64,000 nucleotides of DNA, taken from Candidatus Obscuribacterales bacterium (lineage in GTDB: Bacteria; Cyanobacteriota; Vampirovibrionia; Obscuribacterales; Obscuribacteraceae). How positions within the stretch are numbered: position 1 is the first letter of the stretch; the number at the start of each line of letters is the position of its first letter. Below the pieces are notes generated by a model. That model was not told the DNA's origin and did no database searches. It saw only the letters and a list, made by a program, of their open reading frames with translations. This document shows, one piece after another, positions 53,286 through 62,883 of the stretch. Location: NCBI GenBank assembly GCA_965228855.1, contig CBDDIJ010000002.1, positions 480,001 to 544,000 on the forward strand, written 5' to 3'. Position numbers and translations under genes: made by a program.

Positions 53286-53892
53286 CAGAGCGACGAAGGC
53301 TTATTTAAAATCGATAGCTGTTTCGACCGTCCTTCTCGGACTTGCAAACTGCGCTCCCGCACTCGCAGAAAACAAAGTTTGGAAGATTGATGAGCAAACA
53401 TCATCGGTTGAATTTTCGGTTAAACATCTGCTCGTTTCGAATGTAACCGGACGTTTTCCGGGTTTCTCCGGCGAAATCGGTTATGACGGTAAGAATCTGG
53501 CACAAGCTACCGTGAAGGCCTCGGTCTCCACCGGTAGTATCAATACGAAAAACCAAATGCGCGATAAGCATTTGAAAGCAGAGAACATCCTCGCTGCCGC
53601 ACTCTATCCTGCAATAACCTTCAATTCGAATCGGGTCGTTCCACTCGCGGATGGCAAATTTGACATCATGGGAAAGCTCACTTTGCACGGTGTCGAGAAA
53701 GAAGTTACACTGCACGCCAGTCCATTGAAAGTTCACTCGGATAAAAACAAACAACGCCTCAGCACCACTGCTTCCACAGACATCGCCCGCAAAGAGTTCA
53801 ATATATTTGTCGATAAGGCGATTGATAAAGGCGGCGCGGTTGTCGGTGAAACGGTAAAAGTTAAACTGAAAATCGAACTTGTCGAGGAATAA
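53278..53892 (+). CDS. YceI family lipid/polyisoprenoid-binding protein
   Basis: Signal peptide, FSVKHL.VS.V.GRF, RDKHL, GKLTLHGV. Confidence 0.88.
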   Translation: MRSRATKAYLKSIAVSTVLLGLANCAPALAENKVWKIDEQTSSVEFSVKHLLVSNVTGRFPGFSGEIGYDGKNLAQATVKASVSTGSINTKNQMRDKHLKAENILAAALYPAITFNSNRVVPLADGKFDIMGKLTLHGVEKEVTLHASPLKVHSDKNKQRLSTTASTDIARKEFNIFVDKAIDKGGAVVGETVKVKLKIELVEE

Positions 53893-53904
53893 TTCGACGG
53901 ACCA

Positions 53905-55431
53905 ATGAATTTGCCAAACACTGTCGACGGTCGGCGCATATCGAGGATATGTAAGCTTATCGTAGCCGTTTCCATCATTGCCATTGCCGGCAGTTCATGC
54001 CATACAAACCAATCGCAACCGACGGATCGAATCGAAATAGACGGCAGAATAGAAGCTGATGAAACGCGATTGTGCGTACTCACGCCAGGCAAGGTGAGCA
54101 AGGTAAATACCGAGGAAGGTGCGTCCGTTCAAGCCGGACAGGAGCTGCTTGAACTTGATAGCAGTTTGTTTAAAGACCAATTAAAAAGCTTGGATGAACT
54201 TATACGAAAGGCTCAAAACGAAAGAAATGAGATCTCACAGCTGGCGTTGAAGCTGAAGAAACAGCATCCTAGCAAAGCCTTTTCCAAACTTGATATACCG
54301 GCTCTTGAGTCGATTGATCCGAAGCCCGGCAAGCAGTCATTGCCGAAACGAGAAAGCAAAACCGTCGCTAGCACTGATGACGACAGAAACGCAACTGAGA
54401 CAAAAAGTAAAGGTCTAGCAGAGCCGCTGGAGCAAATAAACGAAGTTCAAAGCACGCAGACAAAACTGCTGAACGAGGCAACGGCAAATATGCTCGCCAC
54501 CGTAGATGGTGCGTATAGTCGCGAACTACAGATGCTAAAAGACGGCAAAGAGGACGCCCTGAAGGCTCTCGGCTCCAAGTTTCCATTCTCCTCCATGGCA
54601 AAAGCTAAGAGAACCGGAATCGAGCAAGTTTTTGACGCAAAAGAGAAAGCACTTACACAAGCTTATCAAGCCCAACGAAAGGCGATCACAGAATCGTCCA
54701 CGGCAAAGAAGAAGGCTCTAGACGAGAGTATCGAGTCACGAAGACAATCGTTACGTCAATTGAACACCGCCAGAGATGAGATGCGAAACGAACTGGTCGG
54801 CGCGCAAACTAGTATTCAACAAACAATCGAGAAACAAAAGCAACTTCTCAGCTCCGCCGTGCGACTAGAAAGTAACAGAATCGCTCGCGCCACACTCGAT
54901 CAAGTCCAACGAGCCGGCGCCCGCAGCAAGGCTGAGATGATCGAGATGCAGAAGGAACAGGCGCGAGCGCGCCTAGCGATGCTGGATACAGACATCCTCA
55001 AAGCGCAGGCGCTAAGAACAGAACTGCAAAACAAGATCGACCTTTGCACCGTTCGCAGCCCGGTAAAAGGAGTCTGTGTCATGCGTGCAGTGCAGCCTGG
55101 TGAACTCGTGATTCCGGGACAGACTCTGTTGAAGCTGATAGACGACGAGAAGTTGTATGTTCGTGCAACAGTAACCGCAGGCGACCTTTCCAGGCTGAGA
55201 GTTGGTCAGAGAGCAGAAGCAAGGCCTGGCTCGGCGCTGGAAAAACCGCTGTTGGCAAAGGTGACTACCATCGAAACAACCCCATGTTTCACTCCCAAGG
55301 GCGTCTATTTCAAGGAAGATCGAGTTAAACAAGCTTATGGCGTAAAGTTATCGCTCGAGGAACATAACATCGCAGCAAAGCCAGGGATGCCGGTTTCAGT
55401 CACTGTTTTTGCGGACGGGAAAAGCAAATGA
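53905..55431 (+). CDS. HlyD/YbhG-like membrane fusion protein with an extended coiled coil
   Basis: GRIEA, GKVS.V..EEG..V, RSPVKG, FTPK.V....RVKQ.YGVKL, KPGMP. Confidence 0.8.
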   Translation: MNLPNTVDGRRISRICKLIVAVSIIAIAGSSCHTNQSQPTDRIEIDGRIEADETRLCVLTPGKVSKVNTEEGASVQAGQELLELDSSLFKDQLKSLDELIRKAQNERNEISQLALKLKKQHPSKAFSKLDIPALESIDPKPGKQSLPKRESKTVASTDDDRNATETKSKGLAEPLEQINEVQSTQTKLLNEATANMLATVDGAYSRELQMLKDGKEDALKALGSKFPFSSMAKAKRTGIEQVFDAKEKALTQAYQAQRKAITESSTAKKKALDESIESRRQSLRQLNTARDEMRNELVGAQTSIQQTIEKQKQLLSSAVRLESNRIARATLDQVQRAGARSKAEMIEMQKEQARARLAMLDTDILKAQALRTELQNKIDLCTVRSPVKGVCVMRAVQPGELVIPGQTLLKLIDDEKLYVRATVTAGDLSRLRVGQRAEARPGSALEKPLLAKVTTIETTPCFTPKGVYFKEDRVKQAYGVKLSLEEHNIAAKPGMPVSVTVFADGKSK

Positions 55432-57371
55432 GTGACGGCGAAAGAAACGCTCCGGTCTATTCAGTGCGGCTGCATCAGCTGACCAAGACGTTCGCCGGAG
55501 TCAAAGCCGTGAACAATCTTGACCTGGAGATCCAACAAGGCGAGCTGTTTGGATTCATAGGTCCTGATGGTGCTGGGAAATCAACCCTCTTTCACGCGAT
55601 TGCGGGAGTGCTGAAACCCACTTCCGGTTCTGTCGAAATACTCGGTAAAAGAGCGCGCGAAAATCGCCTCGTGATTGGTTACTTGACCCAACAGTTCTCT
55701 TTGTATCCGGAGTTGTCGGTCGACGAAAATCTCCGCTACTTCGCCGGTACAAGGTCGATTCCGAAAGAGGTGTTTGAACCAAGGCGCGACCAGCTGCTTA
55801 ACCTGGTTGGTCTAACACCATTCGCCAACCGGCTAGCCATCAATCTCTCAGGCGGTATGAAACAAAAGTTGGCGCTCTGCTGTGCGCTGATTTTTTCTCC
55901 GCAGATTTTACTTCTAGATGAGCCAACTACCGGTCTGGACCCGATATCGAGGCGCGAATTCTGGTTGTTACTTTCCAGAGTCGCCCACTCCGGCGTGACT
56001 ACCCTAATCGCAACTCCGAATTTCTCTGAAGCCGAACTCTGCGACCGGGTCGCGCTCATGAGACACGGAGAAGTCCTGGCGCTGGGTCGACCGGATAAGT
56101 TAAGAGCGGAGCTATCTGTCAGTCGGATACAGATCCGAACAGATAACATCAACGATGCAGTTCAAGTCGTTTATAAAACAATAAATACTCAATCGGATAT
56201 TGAAGTATGCGATATCAACACTTACGGCGATCGTCTCGACCTGTTAACCACCAGCAAAGAGAAAACTGTAAGCACTATAGAAAAGGCGCTGGTGCTTAAT
56301 GGTATTGCATCTAATACCATTTGCTCGATAGAGGAGCCAACTCTCGAAAATGTTTATATACTGAACTCTCGGCAACATGGAACTGCAGAGCAAGATATTG
56401 TGCCCTTCCCGAAGAGCATCCGCTCTCCTTCTCTGCATGGAAACGCCAGCGTCGCAATTTTGGCCGAAGATTTGCAGAAGAACTACGGCGGTTTTTGCGC
56501 TGTAAACAAGGTCAGCCTGGCGATTAAACGCGGCGAGATCTATGGTTTGCTGGGCGCCAACGGCGCGGGCAAAACCACTACCATCAAAATGCTGTGCGGT
56601 TTGGTCAAGCCAAGCAATGGCAAGCTGCGAATAGGCGACGGGAACTTAGCTCAAAACTCTCGTGCATTGCGCCAGACTATCGGCTACATGAGCCAGAAAT
56701 TTACTTTATACGAAGATCTCTCCGTGATCGAGAATCTCAACTATTACGCATCTGCATACGCTATTCCCAATCGAAATCGAATCGCCAAGATCGACTGGGT
56801 ATTCGCCATCTGCGAACTCTCCGACATCCGCAACGCGCTTGTAAAAACACTTCCGCAAGGCTTGAAACAGCGCATCGCATTCGGTGCCGCAGTAATGCAT
56901 GAACCGGAGATACTTTTCCTGGATGAGCCTACCTCCGGGCTTGATCCGCTAGCACGGCGGCAGCTGTGGAAGGCAATTCGTCAAATCGCACAGCATGGAA
57001 CGGCAGTCCTCGTCACCACTCACTTTCTCGATGATGCGGAATACTGTCACAGGTTAGGACTTATGGTCTCGGGTAAGCTTATCGCCGAAGGATCGCCACA
57101 AGCCATCAAAGCAAACAGTGAACCGATTTTCGAGCTTGTGGTCGACAATACACAGAAGGCTTATGCCGTTCTCTCAGAGAGGCTCGACGGGGCGCGGATA
57201 TCGGTTTTTCCAAATCGAATGCACTTGCAAATCAGCGACGGTGATGTAGACGAAAAACGAGTTATGGAATACTTGAGCGTTGGCGGTATCGAAGTAAAGC
57301 GAGCCGGATTAATACCGCCCTCGCTGGAAGACGCCTTTGTCCAGCTGGTCGGAAGAGGAAATTTCGATTGA
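55428..57371 (+). CDS. ABC transporter, double ATP-binding domain (YbhF-like)
   Basis: GPDGAGKS, LSGGMKQ, GANGAGKT, two LDEPT motifs. Confidence 0.92.
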   Translation: MSDGERNAPVYSVRLHQLTKTFAGVKAVNNLDLEIQQGELFGFIGPDGAGKSTLFHAIAGVLKPTSGSVEILGKRARENRLVIGYLTQQFSLYPELSVDENLRYFAGTRSIPKEVFEPRRDQLLNLVGLTPFANRLAINLSGGMKQKLALCCALIFSPQILLLDEPTTGLDPISRREFWLLLSRVAHSGVTTLIATPNFSEAELCDRVALMRHGEVLALGRPDKLRAELSVSRIQIRTDNINDAVQVVYKTINTQSDIEVCDINTYGDRLDLLTTSKEKTVSTIEKALVLNGIASNTICSIEEPTLENVYILNSRQHGTAEQDIVPFPKSIRSPSLHGNASVAILAEDLQKNYGGFCAVNKVSLAIKRGEIYGLLGANGAGKTTTIKMLCGLVKPSNGKLRIGDGNLAQNSRALRQTIGYMSQKFTLYEDLSVIENLNYYASAYAIPNRNRIAKIDWVFAICELSDIRNALVKTLPQGLKQRIAFGAAVMHEPEILFLDEPTSGLDPLARRQLWKAIRQIAQHGTAVLVTTHFLDDAEYCHRLGLMVSGKLIAEGSPQAIKANSEPIFELVVDNTQKAYAVLSERLDGARISVFPNRMHLQISDGDVDEKRVMEYLSVGGIEVKRAGLIPPSLEDAFVQLVGRGNFD

Positions 57372-58483
57372 AGGCGATCAGATCACAGATTGAAAAGGAG
57401 TGGTCTTCGTTTCGCCGAGACCGGCTCGGGATGTCACTTGCCATTCTGCTACCGCTAGCCACGCTATTGCTATTTGGATACGGAGTTCGTCTTCAAAACT
57501 CCGACATACCGATCTGCGTCGAAGACCGTGACAAAACCGCCAGCAGCAAGAACGTGATTGCGCACCTTCGAGAATCCAGGGAATTGAAAGTGCTGGAGGC
57601 GCCATCCGGCAATGATCTTTCTACTCTGCTCCTGGAAAACAAAGCAAAGGCTACTGTCTTTATTCCAAAAGGTTTCTCCACAAAGATAGAGAGCGGAGAA
57701 GCCAGTCCGTTTCAAGTCATTGTTGACGGAAGCGACGTAGGATGCGCCGAGACTGTGAACGCACTCGCACAGAAAGCCGCTTTCCAGGCGGAACACCAGA
57801 CGAAGACAGTCAATCCACAGGCATACTTCGCAGTGCCCGAGTTCAAAATTCTCTTCAACCCCGGCGTCGACGAGACACCGTATATAGTATCAGGTGTTTT
57901 CGCCATTGTTCTCTGGATGTATCCGGCTCTGTTGTCCGCTGTTGCGATTTCACGAGAGCTCGAACAAAAGACTATTATTCAGGTTTACGCTTCAGGTCTA
58001 ACACCATCACAGTTTCTCGTCGGAAAAGGCGCTGTATATTTCCTGGTTGGAGCAGCCGTCTCAATTGCTATGGCAGTCCTCGGCAGCGTCATATTTGGAC
58101 TAAAAACCGATATAGCCTGGGCACCGCTATTTCTCTCGACCCTTACCTACATTGCAGCAGCAGTATCTTTCGGACTGTTCGTCGGCGCAGCGACCCGCGA
58201 AGAGAATATCGCCGTACAAGCCACCGCAACTGGTGGCTTCTTCCCAGCATTGCTATTGTCGGGCTTTGTGTATCCATTATCTAACATTCCCTATCCGCTT
58301 TCATTGGTGAGTTACATCGTTCCCGCTCGTTATTACATCGACATTTGTAGAGACATCTATCTACGAGCCGGTGGCTGGGAAGATGTGTGGTGGCGAATAA
58401 TCACCATCGGAGTCTTCGGACTGATACCTTATCTGGCCGCCTGGAACGCGATCCGGCGCATGAGTCTGGAGGGCAAGGAATGA
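57368..58483 (+). CDS. ABC-2 permease (YbhS-like)
   Basis: TM pattern, LLSGFVYP..NIP. Confidence 0.88.
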   Translation: MKAIRSQIEKEWSSFRRDRLGMSLAILLPLATLLLFGYGVRLQNSDIPICVEDRDKTASSKNVIAHLRESRELKVLEAPSGNDLSTLLLENKAKATVFIPKGFSTKIESGEASPFQVIVDGSDVGCAETVNALAQKAAFQAEHQTKTVNPQAYFAVPEFKILFNPGVDETPYIVSGVFAIVLWMYPALLSAVAISRELEQKTIIQVYASGLTPSQFLVGKGAVYFLVGAAVSIAMAVLGSVIFGLKTDIAWAPLFLSTLTYIAAAVSFGLFVGAATREENIAVQATATGGFFPALLLSGFVYPLSNIPYPLSLVSYIVPARYYIDICRDIYLRAGGWEDVWWRIITIGVFGLIPYLAAWNAIRRMSLEGKE

Positions 58484-59598
58484 GTGCCTTGAAACGCTTG
58501 TTCGAGAGCAGGCTCTTCGGACTGGTCTATAAGGAGACGATGCACACGCTTCGCGACAAGCATCTTCTATTCCTACTAATTTTTCCTCCGACCCTGCAGC
58601 TCTTCATCCTGGGAGCTGCGCTAGACGTGGGGCTCCGAAATGTACCAATCGGGCTGGTCGACAACTGCCAGAGCGTGACGAGCAGAAGACTTGTTTCCGC
58701 TGTCACGGACACAAACATTTTCAAACTAAAATCTGCGTACTTGAGCGAACAGGAGCTGACGAATTCGATCAAGAAAACCGAAGTGAAGCTAGGACTGGTC
58801 ATACCATCCGACTTTGACCGCAGCCTTGCACGAGAACATGTCGGTCGCGTCGCAGTTATCATCGACGGCGTTGACGCCTATACCGCCAATATTGCCCGTG
58901 GTTATTTGATGCAGATCTTCCAGCACTTCGAGGTGAATTCAGATCCTCCGCAACAGTTGATTGAGCCGGTCGTAACCGTATTTTTCAACCCCGGACTTGT
59001 GAACAGCTGGTATTTTGTGCCGGGCGTGATCGGAGCGATGTTAACACTCACCAGCACGCTGGTTTCATCCGCATCACTTCTTCGGGAGAAGGAGCTGGGC
59101 ACGCTGGAACAACTTTTAATGACACCATATTCGGTGAGCGAAATTCTATTCGCCAAGGTCTTGCCCGTTTTCGTATTGCTACTTTGCGATGTCTTCCTCG
59201 CCCTCGGCATGGCGTTGTTCGTCTTCAAACTTCCATTTCGAGGCGACATATTCATATTCCTTGTCGCCAGCGGGTTGTACATCTGCGTCGGCATCGGCCT
59301 TGGTATCTTGATGGCAACGGTTTGCAAAACGGAGAGACAAGCTCACCTCGTTTCTTTCTTCGTCAATATCCCGTTGATGCAACTTTCAGGTGCCGTTGTC
59401 CCATTTGAGACCATGCCTCAATTGCTCCGACAAATCGCCTCGATCGATCCACTGCGGGACTATACGATCATAGCCAGAAGCCTGTTCCTGAAAGGGTCCG
59501 GATTAAACGCTCTGATGCCGCACCTTCTGATGCTGGGCGCGGCTGCGCTTGTCTTGTTCAGTTTCAGCATTCTACGCTTTCGCAAACAATTGGACTGA
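58480..59598 (+). CDS. ABC-2 permease (YbhR-like)
   Basis: REKELGTLEQLLMTP, LSGA..P.ETMP; ATGA overlap with the previous gene. Confidence 0.9.
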   Translation: MSALKRLFESRLFGLVYKETMHTLRDKHLLFLLIFPPTLQLFILGAALDVGLRNVPIGLVDNCQSVTSRRLVSAVTDTNIFKLKSAYLSEQELTNSIKKTEVKLGLVIPSDFDRSLAREHVGRVAVIIDGVDAYTANIARGYLMQIFQHFEVNSDPPQQLIEPVVTVFFNPGLVNSWYFVPGVIGAMLTLTSTLVSSASLLREKELGTLEQLLMTPYSVSEILFAKVLPVFVLLLCDVFLALGMALFVFKLPFRGDIFIFLVASGLYICVGIGLGILMATVCKTERQAHLVSFFVNIPLMQLSGAVVPFETMPQLLRQIASIDPLRDYTIIARSLFLKGSGLNALMPHLLMLGAAALVLFSFSILRFRKQLD

Positions 59599-59683
59599 CG
59601 CGAACCCGCTACTATATCACCCCAAAGACAGTTCAAGCACCGGGCGGGCTTTCGGACATCATGATCAGACTTGAGCTTTGCTT

Positions 59684-59735
59684 TGTCTACGAGCCATTGC
59701 CGCTTTTCGTGAAATCCGGCAATGTGTCATAGACA
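59684..59735. repeat. 52-bp palindromic element, copy E5
   Basis: TGTCTA 59684, TTGCCG, CGGCAA, TAGACA 59730-59735; CTACTATA 59609; TATAGTAG 59826. Confidence 0.88.
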
Positions 59736-59959
59736 AACAGGCAAAAAGATAACGGCTTCGGATAGGTGGGCGCCCGAAAGCCCCATGGGTTAACTACTCT
59801 GCCGGATTTGCTAAATACTGCCTTTTATAGTAGCAAAACCGAAGAGGCGAAGACCGCCAGGAACCGAGGGTTCCTGACGATCTCCGGGGCGATTTTCGCA
59901 AGGTGTCGCGTGGGAAGATTCACCTTCCGCAAGCGCAACTCTGCAGAAATCGAAATAGC

Positions 59960-60172
59960 TCAGTCCTGGTCTTTGAACACGATCCCGATGGTGACGAGCA
60001 TGTTCAGGAAGGCGTTGACCATGAAGAACATGGTCCACTGCAGGTCGTTCGCTTCGTTGAAGTGGTGAGCTCCGACGAACGACGAGATGGTGATGAAGAG
60101 CGCGATGCAACCGCGAACGCGATCGCTCTTGCTCGAAATACCGGTCCCGGTGGGTTTGAACATCGGGGTCAT
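59960..60172 (-). CDS. Small 2-TM membrane protein translationally coupled to ftsH
   Basis: TAATG overlap with the ftsH stop, GGAGG SD, 70 aa MTPMFKPT...FKDQD. Confidence 0.6.
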   Translation of the reverse strand: MTPMFKPTGTGISSKSDRVRGCIALFITISSFVGAHHFNEANDLQWTMFFMVNAFLNMLVTIGIVFKDQD

Positions 60173-62358
60173 TAGAGCACCTCCTTCTTCTTGGCGGGCG
60201 AGATGTCGATCACGAGCTTCTTGGGGTCGACCTTGGACGGATGGGTCTTCTTGAACTCCAGCCAATCCTGCTCGATCATGGTCTCCTTCTCGCGAAGGAT
60301 GGCGACGAGCGCTTCGAGGCGTTCCCTGTCGGTCTCGATGATGTAGACGGCGAGGTCGTAGCAGGCATTCGCGATGCGCCGCCACTCGTCGTCGATCTCG
60401 TCCATGAGCTTGGGACCGACCGAGGAGATCGGACCGCTGCCCATGCCGCGCATGCCAGTGCTGCCGCCGGCGCCGACCGAGATCATCCCGAGACGGGACA
60501 TACCCCAGCGCGTCACCATGGTGTGAGCCATACGGCAGCCCTGCTCGAAGTCGTTGGAAGCACCGCTGTCCATCTTGCCGAGCAGCACCATCTGAGCGGC
60601 ACGACCCGCCATCGCCATGACGATGCGAGCGACGCACTGCTCGAAGTCCATGCCGTAGCGATCCTCGCCGGGCATGCTCTGAACGTAGCCGAGCGCCTTG
60701 GACCGATTCATGATCGTGATCTTCACGACCGGGTCGGCACCAGGCATCACGTCGGTGGCGATGGCGTGACCGCCCTCGTGCACCGTCGTGTTGTTCTTGT
60801 TGTCCTCCGACATCGCCTTCTGGCGCTCGGGATTCGCACCGCCGTAGCGGACGAAATCGATGCCTTCGTCGAAGTCGGTGTTCAGGATGACGGCGCCGGC
60901 AGCCTGCAGGCTGGCAATCGCTTGCGCAATCGCAGCTTCCACGGCTTTCTCGTTGACCTTGCCATCGACCAGCGGAATTTCCGGCAGGTCGAAACCGTGA
61001 CGATCGGCGGCGAGGAGAGCAGCGCGGCTGCAAGCACCTTCGATTTCGGCGCCGCTGTAGCCGTAGGTGCGCTTCGCCAGAGCCGTCAGCTCGACGTCCT
61101 GAGCGAGCGGCTTGCCGCGGGTGTGGATCTTGAAGATGGCAGCGCGACCTTCAGTGGTCGGCAGATCCACCGTGACCTGCGCGTCGAAACGGCCCGGACG
61201 CAGAAGCGCGTCATCGAGCATGTCGACACGGTTGGTGGCGGCGAGCAGGAAGAGACCTTCGTTGTCGTTGATGCCGTCCATCTCGACGAGCATGGCGTTG
61301 AGCGTCTGTTCACGCTCCTGGTTGCTGCTCTCGCCGTGACCGCCACCGCGCTTGCCGCCCACCGCATCGATTTCGTCGATGAAGATGAAGTGCGGCTTGC
61401 CAGTTTTGCGAACCTTGGCACGACCGGACTCGAACATGTCGCGAACACGGGACGAACCCACGCCGACGAACATCTCGACGAAGTCGGAGCCGGAGGTTGC
61501 TTCGAACGAGCCGTCGGTTTCGCCCGCGAGGGCGCGTGCCAACAGCGTTTTGCCGGTACCCGGAGGTCCGACGAGCAGGATGCCCTTCGGCAGCTTGGCT
61601 CCGAAGAACTTGTAGAGCCAGCGACGCTTGACCGCCTTGGCGAGACGACGAAGTTCCTTGACCGCTTCATCGGCACCGGCGACATCGTCGAACGTCACCA
61701 CGCGCATCTGCTTCGTCTTGTCGTCCGAACTCGTCGAGCGAGCCTTGCCGAAATTGGCCATCTTGCCACCCGGACCGGCAGCACCCATGGCCGCGCGATT
61801 GCGGTTGGACATCCAGACCATGGCGAGAACGAGGATGACGATCGGACCGAAGGTCCAGGCGAGACGCTGAAGCGAAGAGGTGGAATCATCTTCCGCCTTC
61901 CAGAGAATCTTCTTCTCGCGCGCGGTCTTCAGGACCTCGGCACGGCCGCCCTGTTCAGGCAGGGTGACGAAGTACTTGGTCGAGTCACCGGTCTTGTAGA
62001 CGGCGATGCGGTCGACGCCGTTGAGGAAGGTGATCGAGCTCACGGCACCGGGGTTGGTGTCCATGAGGAGGAACAGCTCGGACGCCTGCATGTAGGCGGT
62101 CGGCTGAACGCCACGTCCACGAGACGGAGCGGCGGGTGAAGCGGGGGAGGTCTGGGTGCTGGTTCCGACTTGAGCTCCCGGCGCCTGAACGGCGGGGGGT
62201 GCCTTGGTCACCACGGGCGCGCCACGCGTGTGAACAGCGGGCGGGGTGACAGTGCGGACGGGTCCTTCCGAGGTGAGGACAAACCCGACAAACGCGGCAA
62301 TCAGCGGAATCGCAAGCATCCAGATGACGAACTGCTTGTTTTCAGGTGAGAGTTTCAT
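60172..62358 (-). CDS. ftsH: FtsH family ATP-dependent Zn metalloprotease (accessory paralog)
   Basis: Two TMs, [25 protein letters not shown]...[27 protein letters not shown] before ATG 62358. Confidence 0.92.
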   Translation of the reverse strand: MKLSPENKQFVIWMLAIPLIAAFVGFVLTSEGPVRTVTPPAVHTRGAPVVTKAPPAVQAPGAQVGTSTQTSPASPAAPSRGRGVQPTAYMQASELFLLMDTNPGAVSSITFLNGVDRIAVYKTGDSTKYFVTLPEQGGRAEVLKTAREKKILWKAEDDSTSSLQRLAWTFGPIVILVLAMVWMSNRNRAAMGAAGPGGKMANFGKARSTSSDDKTKQMRVVTFDDVAGADEAVKELRRLAKAVKRRWLYKFFGAKLPKGILLVGPPGTGKTLLARALAGETDGSFEATSGSDFVEMFVGVGSSRVRDMFESGRAKVRKTGKPHFIFIDEIDAVGGKRGGGHGESSNQEREQTLNAMLVEMDGINDNEGLFLLAATNRVDMLDDALLRPGRFDAQVTVDLPTTEGRAAIFKIHTRGKPLAQDVELTALAKRTYGYSGAEIEGACSRAALLAADRHGFDLPEIPLVDGKVNEKAVEAAIAQAIASLQAAGAVILNTDFDEGIDFVRYGGANPERQKAMSEDNKNNTTVHEGGHAIATDVMPGADPVVKITIMNRSKALGYVQSMPGEDRYGMDFEQCVARIVMAMAGRAAQMVLLGKMDSGASNDFEQGCRMAHTMVTRWGMSRLGMISVGAGGSTGMRGMGSGPISSVGPKLMDEIDDEWRRIANACYDLAVYIIETDRERLEALVAILREKETMIEQDWLEFKKTHPSKVDPKKLVIDISPAKKKEVL

Positions 62359-62831
62359 ATCCGTTACTCCAGATTTGAAGGCTGGATTAGACGCAGCCTT
62401 TGTCCGGCATATTTGCGGGACGAGCGAAAAAGGGTAAGAACACCGCTCGAGTGACTCGAACGATCCATGACGCGCTTGCAACTGAGACTCACCCACCGTA
62501 AAGACCCGCCGTCACTGTTTAAGACGCGCGAAATCTGATTTTGGAGGTGAAAAGGTTATTGTGCCTTGGTTTTCTCAGAGAGTTGCAGAAGCTGATATGT
62601 AATTCGAACCTACGCGCCGAGGCATCCTCATGACAATAGGCCGATAGTCGTAACTGACAACTATTTACCATATGAACTTTTATGTTTCCTTAAGAATCCT
62701 TGAAACCTAGCGCTAGATTAGCGTAGCGGCAGAGAAGACAGAGCCACTACTATCACATACAGGATCCGCAAAATCGTACAGAGCCCTAGCAGACCGGCTT
62801 TCCGGGTTCCAGCTATCCGTAGCCCCGAATT

Positions 62832-62883
62832 TGTCTACGAACGGATGACGGAATGCGAGAAAATCGGCATCCCCTGAGAGACA
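62832..62883. repeat. 52-bp palindromic element, copy E6 (right end GAGACA)
   Basis: TGTCTA 62832, ATGACG, CGGCAT, GAGACA 62878-62883; CTACTATC 62747; TATAGTAG 62986. Confidence 0.8.

Noticed and set aside
59960..61033. 357-aa minus-strand ORF overlapping ftsH
   Set aside because: Off-frame read of ftsH; only the last 70 codons after the ftsH stop look like a real gene.
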